Assembly (NCBI GenBank): GCA_902776495.1
Contig: CACYQK010000005.1
Span: forward strand, 1-32,270
DNA: 32,270 bases
Source of the DNA: an uncultured Ruminococcus sp.
GTDB taxonomy: Bacteria > Bacillota > Clostridia > Oscillospirales > Acutalibacteraceae
Direction of reading: 5' to 3'
Shown here piece after piece: positions 27,793 to 32,270 of this stretch; the stretch's first letter is position 1, and each line of letters starts with the position of its first letter. The position numbers were made by a program, and so were the translations under genes. The notes below the pieces were generated by a model. It did no database searches and was not told the DNA's origin. It saw only the letters and a program-made list of their open reading frames with translations.

Positions 27793-28047
27793 AATTGAAA
27801 GTGGAGAATGGCGAATTGCAGGGGCGAGTATTTTTCGCCCGCAAAAAACGCCAACCTTTCCTTAACATCGTAGGGGAGCACCTATGTGTGCTCCCAAATG
27901 CGGTCAACCTTAATTTGATGAACTATCGAGTGTTTCTACGTGAACAACGTTGGTTCTCGCGGGCGGACACACGGATCCGCCCCTACAAAGAGTTTTTTAC
28001 AATCCGGAGCGAAGCGACCCGCAATTATCTATTTTCCGTTTTCAATT
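27793..28047. mobile_element. Non-autonomous nested palindromic element: about 33-bp imperfect outer inverted repeats enclosing a GTAG REP doublet (copy 2)
   Basis: Left AATTGAAAGTGGAGAATGGCGAATTGCAGGGGCG versus reverse complement of right AATTGAAAACGGAAAATAGATAATTGCGGGTCG; inner GTAGGGGAGCAC..GTGCTCCC (27870-27895) and GGGCGGA..TCCGCCCCTAC (27961-27986). Confidence 0.65.
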
Positions 28048-28055
28048 CTCAATTA

Positions 28056-28866
28056 TTAAAGCTGTGCTTTAAAAACTGTTCCGGGGGCCTTGCCCTCGAA
28101 AACGTCATATAGCTTTTCGGGCTTTGAGCCGTTAATTACGTGTACCTCAATGCCTCTTTTGGTGGCGTATGCGGCCGCCTGAAGCTGTGGCGTATGCGGC
28201 CGCCTGAAGCTTTGTCGCCATACCGCCCGTGCCCCTGTTCGAGCCCGAACCTGCCGCCATATCCATAATGTTTTTGTCGATGTACTCAACAACGTCGATT
28301 TTTTTCGCGTCGGGGTTATCGCGCGGGTTTTCCTCATACAGCCCGTCAATGTCGGTCAGGATTATCAGCCTGTCCGCCTCAACTATCCGTGATACGATAG
28401 CAGAGAGCATATCGTTATCGCCGAAGTTGTTGCCCTCGAGCTCATCTACCGCGACGGTATCGTTCTCGTTGATTATGGGGATGATGTCCATATTGAGCAG
28501 CTCGTCGATAGTGTTATAGATATTATCGCGTTTGTTCTCGGTTTCGACCGCGTCGTAGGTCAAAAGAATCTGCGCCACGTTGTGGTTGTACTCGCCGAAC
28601 AGCTTGTCGTACATAAACATCAGCTCGCACTGACCCAACGCCGACAATGCCTGCTTTTTCTTGATGTCGGTAGGTCGGCGCGAAAGCCCCATTTTGCCCA
28701 TACCGACCCCGAGCGCGCCCGAGGATACAAGAAGTATATCCTCGCCGCTGTTGTGCAGGTCGCAGAGCACCTTGCACAGCGCCTCTATCTGGCGGTAATT
28801 GATTTTTCCGTTTTCATAAGTAAGGCTCGATGTACCCACCTTAACAACGGTTTTTGTCCTGTCCAT
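28056..28866 (-). pseudogene. proB: Glutamate 5-kinase (short, PUA-less type), frameshifted near the 3' end
   Basis: VVKVGTSSL, LVSSGA, PIINENDTV, FGDNDMLSA, LTDIDGLY, GTGGMATK. The C-terminus (..YATKRGIEVHVING..GTVF) continues in another frame after a 25-bp duplication. Confidence 0.88.
28162..28211. repeat. Perfect 25-bp tandem duplication
   Basis: GTGGCGTATGCGGCCGCCTGAAGCT at 28162-28186 and 28187-28211. Confidence 0.97.
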
Positions 28867-28913
28867 ATATACACCTTTTTTCTGTTGTTTACTCGTATAA
28901 AATACCATTTTCA

Positions 28914-28942
28914 ATTATACCACAAGATTTAAAAAACATCAA
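28914..28942 (-). promoter_or_regulatory. Putative sigma-A promoter of proBA
   Basis: Minus strand TTGATG-17 bp-TATAAT with TG extended -10. Confidence 0.65.
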
Positions 28943-28944
28943 CT

Positions 28945-28979
28945 AAAAAAATATTGCCGCCCGGTTATGGACGGCAATT
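28945..28979 (-). terminator. Terminator after the ECF S-component gene
   Basis: ATTGCCG(C)CC-GGTTAT-GG(A)CGGCAAT stem with an A-tract on its left (T-tract on the minus strand). Confidence 0.65.
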
Positions 28980-29031
28980 TGTGTTATATAGTTTATTTAG
29001 ACAAGGATTTTCTTCAAAAATCATACTCCCT

Positions 29032-29586
29032 TTATTGCGGGAACAGCTTTTGCTTGAACTGTATCGCGTCGAGCGACAGACCGAGCGCAATAAACAGTAC
29101 AGCTGCGACGATCGCCTGAAGCAAATTCGGCACCAAAGAAGTCAGCGCCACGGCGAATCCCTTAAAGAAAGCGTTTGCCAAAAGATAACCGCCGAGGGTT
29201 ATTATAGTTGACGGGATGATCATCAGCAGGTTGGGCAGGTTGATTATCCTGCGGTAGCGCGGGCTGTTCTTGAGCGCGATTCTGCACAGCAAGAACGGTA
29301 AGACGTTGAGCGCCTTGATGATCGCCGTAGGGATAGCCCAGTGCGGATAACCCGAGATCAGATCAGCCAAAGCGCCGCCGACCGCAGCGGCAATAAGCCC
29401 GAACGGACCCGGCAAAACCGATGCCGCGAGATATACCATTGAATCACCCGGGTGAACATATCCGCCCACGGGCGTGGGGATCTTTATAAACGCGGTAGTC
29501 ACCGTGACCAAGGCCGCGAACATCGCGCTCATCGCGATAGTCTTCGTGGTTGCGGAAGTAGTTTTGATCGTTTTTACATTCTGCAT
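29032..29586 (-). CDS. ECF transporter S-component (HmpT/PdxU2-like, possibly vitamin B6)
   Basis: AMFAALVTVTTAFIKIP..GGYVHPGDSMVYLAA..AAAVGGALADLISGYPHWAIPTAIIK; about 6 TM; RBS GGAGG. Confidence 0.85.
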   Translation of the reverse strand: MQNVKTIKTTSATTKTIAMSAMFAALVTVTTAFIKIPTPVGGYVHPGDSMVYLAASVLPGPFGLIAAAVGGALADLISGYPHWAIPTAIIKALNVLPFLLCRIALKNSPRYRRIINLPNLLMIIPSTIITLGGYLLANAFFKGFAVALTSLVPNLLQAIVAAVLFIALGLSLDAIQFKQKLFPQ

Positions 29587-29642
29587 ATTTATTCCTCCAA
29601 TATTGTGTACTTATAATATAACCCAAAACCAAATATTTTTAA

Positions 29643-29714
29643 GTACAGTTGCATTATAGCACAATACTGTGTATTAAAAAATACACAGTTATCAATAATT
29701 TTAAAGGTACAGTT
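29643..29714 (-). promoter_or_regulatory. Promoter (TGnTATAAT) overlapped by direct and inverted ACAGT(T) boxes; probable MocR/PdxR-type operator
   Basis: GTACAGTT at 29643 and 29707; perfect inverted repeat ACTGTGTATT-AAAA-AATACACAGT at 29666-29689; -10 at 29653-29658. Confidence 0.6.
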
Positions 29715-29727
29715 ATAAAGAGGATTT

Positions 29728-29771
29728 AAAAAAGGTGGAGCCGGCTCTGTGCGGATAGAGCCGGCTCAAAA
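29728..29771 (-). terminator. Terminator after the cohesin-like lipoprotein gene
   Basis: GAGCCGGCTCT-GTGCGGAT-AGAGCCGGCTC flanked by A-tracts. Confidence 0.7.
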
Positions 29772-29801
29772 AGACAAAATCTATGAAAAAGACTGATAAT
29801 A

Positions 29802-30734
29802 TCAAGAAAATGCAGCATTAAGCGAAATATCGGAAGAGGGCTTGCCGTTTGTAACAAGCGGATTATCCTTGATATCCGATGCGATCTGCCATACGAACTT
29901 AGGCGATGTGCTGCCGCCCGCGAGGACCTGATACTCAACTACAAGGAAGTTGGCGCCCTTGGTGTAGTTGTAGCCGTTAAGGTTGATTCCGTTGAACTTG
30001 ATCTGCTGTTTATCGTAAAGCTCATAGTTGATAACGCTGCCCGATTTTGCGGGACCGTCCAAATAAGCGTTTGTGGGCTTGAGGTACTTGCCGTCGTAAT
30101 TGATGTACGCCTGGAAGTTGCTCATAAGCTTTTTGCAGGTGAGGGTGTATGTGCAGGTAACGGTATCGCCGACATTATAAGACTTGCCGCCGACCGAAAG
30201 AGCGCTCGAGCCTGCGTTTCCGCCGCCGGAGTTTCCACCGCTGTTTCCGCCTGAGTTGCCGCCGCTGTTTCCGCCGGAATTACCGCCGTTGTTGCCGCCG
30301 GATTTATTGCCGGAATTTCCGCCGTTATTATTACCGCTGTTGCCGCCGGATTTGTTGCCGGAGTTTCCGCCGTTATCGGCAGAGCTCTGGGCGCTGCTGT
30401 TGTTTCCGCCGTTGTTTGCTGCCGAGTTCTGAGCGCCGCCGTTGCTGCCGTTGCTTTCTTTGCCCTCGACTTTTGTATCGGGAGTTCCCGGAGGTGCTGT
30501 GATCGGCTGACCGTTCTCGTCCTTTATGGGATTACCGTCTTCGTCCGTATAAACACCGTTTACTACTCTTGTAACGATTTCAGTCGCGGTGACGATGCTG
30601 GTATCTTTCTCAGCCGAACCCTCGGAGCTTTCGCCGTCGTTTCCGCAGCCTGCAAGCATTGCAGTAGAAGCTATAAGCGCCGCTAAAGCCAAAGCCAGCA
30701 GAGCCTTAAAAGAGTGTTTGTTATTTTTTTTCAT
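29802..30734 (-). CDS. Lipoprotein with Gly/Asn/Ser linker and C-terminal cohesin-like beta-sandwich
   Basis: Lipobox LAGC; (GGNS)n linker; C-domain YNVGDTVTCTYTL..SNFQAYINYDGKYLK..GSVIN..IKFNG..YNYTKGANFLVVEYQVLAGGST follows the cohesin strand pattern. Confidence 0.7.
   Translation of the reverse strand: MKKNNKHSFKALLALALAALIASTAMLAGCGNDGESSEGSAEKDTSIVTATEIVTRVVNGVYTDEDGNPIKDENGQPITAPPGTPDTKVEGKESNGSNGGAQNSAANNGGNNSSAQSSADNGGNSGNKSGGNSGNNNGGNSGNKSGGNNGGNSGGNSGGNSGGNSGGNSGGGNAGSSALSVGGKSYNVGDTVTCTYTLTCKKLMSNFQAYINYDGKYLKPTNAYLDGPAKSGSVINYELYDKQQIKFNGINLNGYNYTKGANFLVVEYQVLAGGSTSPKFVWQIASDIKDNPLVTNGKPSSDISLNAAFS
30215..30450 (-). repeat. Degenerate 12/15-bp coding repeats (GGNS/GGNSGNKS linker)
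   Basis: Repeated GGCGG(A/C/T)AA(C/T)(TCC/AGC/TCA) units with synonymous divergence. Confidence 0.8.
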
Positions 30735-30949
30735 GTAGTCACATCCTTAAATATTTTACAGCGGCAAAAAGCCGCGTTTTTTATGCAGTATATATTATAA
30801 CAAAGATATTAAAAAAAATAAAGGATATTTTAAAAAAAATTAATAAATTGAGCAAATATGCTTGATTATGTGAAAGCTGCGTGATAGAATAAGAATAAAC
30901 AATAATTTTTGCACAAAATAATAAAATAATATAAAAGGGGGTTTTGTCT

Positions 30950-32270
30950 ATGAAAAAGACAATATCTTTACTTCTTGCAACTATTCTGGCGCTGTCGGCT
31001 TTCTCGCTTTTTTCCGTATCAGCGGAGGATACCAATCAGGGCAAACCGACCGCCTTTACCACGGAACCCGCAATTTACGCGCACGCGGTAGTAAACTCTT
31101 CCGACGCTAACGCTTGGGTTGCGTGGCAGAGCGAACACGACGAGGACTTCAACGTTGTAAACGGAAGTCAAAAATACTTCTTCCTGCCTACCTCGGCTTC
31201 CGATAACAAGGTCGATATCTATAACGGCTACAACGCGGAAGTGACGGTCAACGGAGTTGCCATCCCACCCGATGAGACAAAGACCGTTGAGTACAACGCT
31301 AACCAAAACTACACTGTCAGAGTTGACCAAAACACCTATTCGCTCAAGTTTTTGAAGTCGAACGCGGAGGCGGCTATCTACATCAACAATTCCGACGCCG
31401 ACGGCAACGGGACCGATCTGATGACTTACCTCAACGCCGACAAGAGTCTTTCGGCAAAGGCTACCGGAGCAATCGTTGACGCTGACGGCAATATCGACAA
31501 CACCGCCATCAAAAAAATCAAGGGCAGAGGCAACACCACTTGGGACAAGCCCAAAAAGGCATACAACATCACCTATGATAAGAAGGTCTCGATCGCGGGT
31601 ATGGAGAAAATCAAAAAGTTCTCTATGCTTGCAAACTATCAGGACGATTCGCTCTCAAGAAACCGCATTCTGTACGACCTTTCCGACGCAGTAGGACTGC
31701 CCTACGCGTCCGATTCACGCTATGTTGACTTCTACTCGAACGGCTATTACTGGGGCTCATACCAGATGTGCGAGAAGGTCGACACCGGCGCGGTCCTTGA
31801 CGACATCACCGGCGAGGAGTACCTCAACGAGGACGGAACCGTAAAGAGCGACTTCCCGTTTGTTATGGAGGTAGACGCCAGCGCGGTCCCGGGAGAGGAC
31901 TATTACTTTGTAGCGTCCAACGGCACAAAGGTCACTCTAAAGGCTCCCGAGCTTGACGCCGACGACCCCAACTACCAGACGGTATTGGATTACGCAAAGT
32001 CAAAGTACGACACCTTCGCGCGCACCGCGAGGAACAAAAACGGCAAGGTGTCAAATTACGGCGACGTAGATTCTCTTGCAAAGCTTTACCTTATCAACGA
32101 GCTCGGCAAAAACTGGGATTCCGGCGCGTCCTCCTGCTTCTTCACCTACAAGCAGGATGAAAACGGCGTTTATAAGTTCTACGGCTCGCCCGTATGGGAC
32201 TACGACAATTCGCTCGGCAACGCTACGGGTGTAGCGTATGATCTGCGCAATATGGGCGTCAGCGACTACG
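30950..32270 (+). CDS. Second secreted CotH-family kinase (3' end outside the window; absent from the ORF track)
   Basis: RBS AAGGGGG, ATG 30950; manual translation gives MKKTISLLLATILALSAFSLFSVSA signal, KIKGRGNTTWDKPKKAY, FSMLANYQDDSLSRN, YWGSYQMCEK, YLINELGKNWD, SPVWDYDNSLGN; no stop seen before the window end. Confidence 0.9.
   Translation, partial: MKKTISLLLATILALSAFSLFSVSAEDTNQGKPTAFTTEPAIYAHAVVNSSDANAWVAWQSEHDEDFNVVNGSQKYFFLPTSASDNKVDIYNGYNAEVTVNGVAIPPDETKTVEYNANQNYTVRVDQNTYSLKFLKSNAEAAIYINNSDADGNGTDLMTYLNADKSLSAKATGAIVDADGNIDNTAIKKIKGRGNTTWDKPKKAYNITYDKKVSIAGMEKIKKFSMLANYQDDSLSRNRILYDLSDAVGLPYASDSRYVDFYSNGYYWGSYQMCEKVDTGAVLDDITGEEYLNEDGTVKSDFPFVMEVDASAVPGEDYYFVASNGTKVTLKAPELDADDPNYQTVLDYAKSKYDTFARTARNKNGKVSNYGDVDSLAKLYLINELGKNWDSGASSCFFTYKQDENGVYKFYGSPVWDYDNSLGNATGVAYDLRNMGVSDY

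Noticed and set aside
28867-29030. T-box riboswitch upstream of proB
   Set aside because: The leader is only about 45 nt from a clear promoter and no T-box consensus is present.
30215-30450. Periodic repeats resembling a CRISPR or VNTR array
   Set aside because: In-frame Gly/Asn/Ser linker with synonymous variation; no constant repeat with unique spacers and no cas genes.

Overview
Chromosomal window from a spore-forming Clostridia/Oscillospirales bacterium; the dockerin style and gene set suggest a Ruminococcus bromii-like or Acutalibacteraceae-like organism (inference). It is mostly core genes: mfd (5'-truncated by the window), a PrsA-like lipoprotein, a glgB-glgC-glgD-glgA glycogen operon, an XRE membrane regulator, ruvX/yqgF, spoIIE, a serpin-fold lipoprotein with a UgtP/MGDG-type glycosyltransferase, VanW and SprT proteins, tRNA-Cys, a nucleoside deoxyribosyltransferase, ricT(yaaT)-holB-yfcE, three small probable sporulation genes, proA/proB and an ECF S-component. 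No prophage, CRISPR array or transposase was seen. Main observations: (1) the GlgB copy has lost its catalytic nucleophile (RVD->RVG) plus two more active-site residues in an intact ORF, so it may be a non-catalytic subunit; (2) two secreted CotH-family kinases (one with a dockerin, one missed by the ORF track), a lipoprotein with a cohesin-like domain and three exported proteins with SSxQSS tracts could form a surface-docked kinase system; (3) proB is frameshifted by an exact 25-bp tandem duplication and proA appears to have lost its N-terminus next to a nested REP-like element; (4) a diverged GTAG-type REP doublet occurs twice, 22.6 kb apart; (5) the serpin looks non-inhibitory. All family calls come from motif recognition by eye; no database searches were run.
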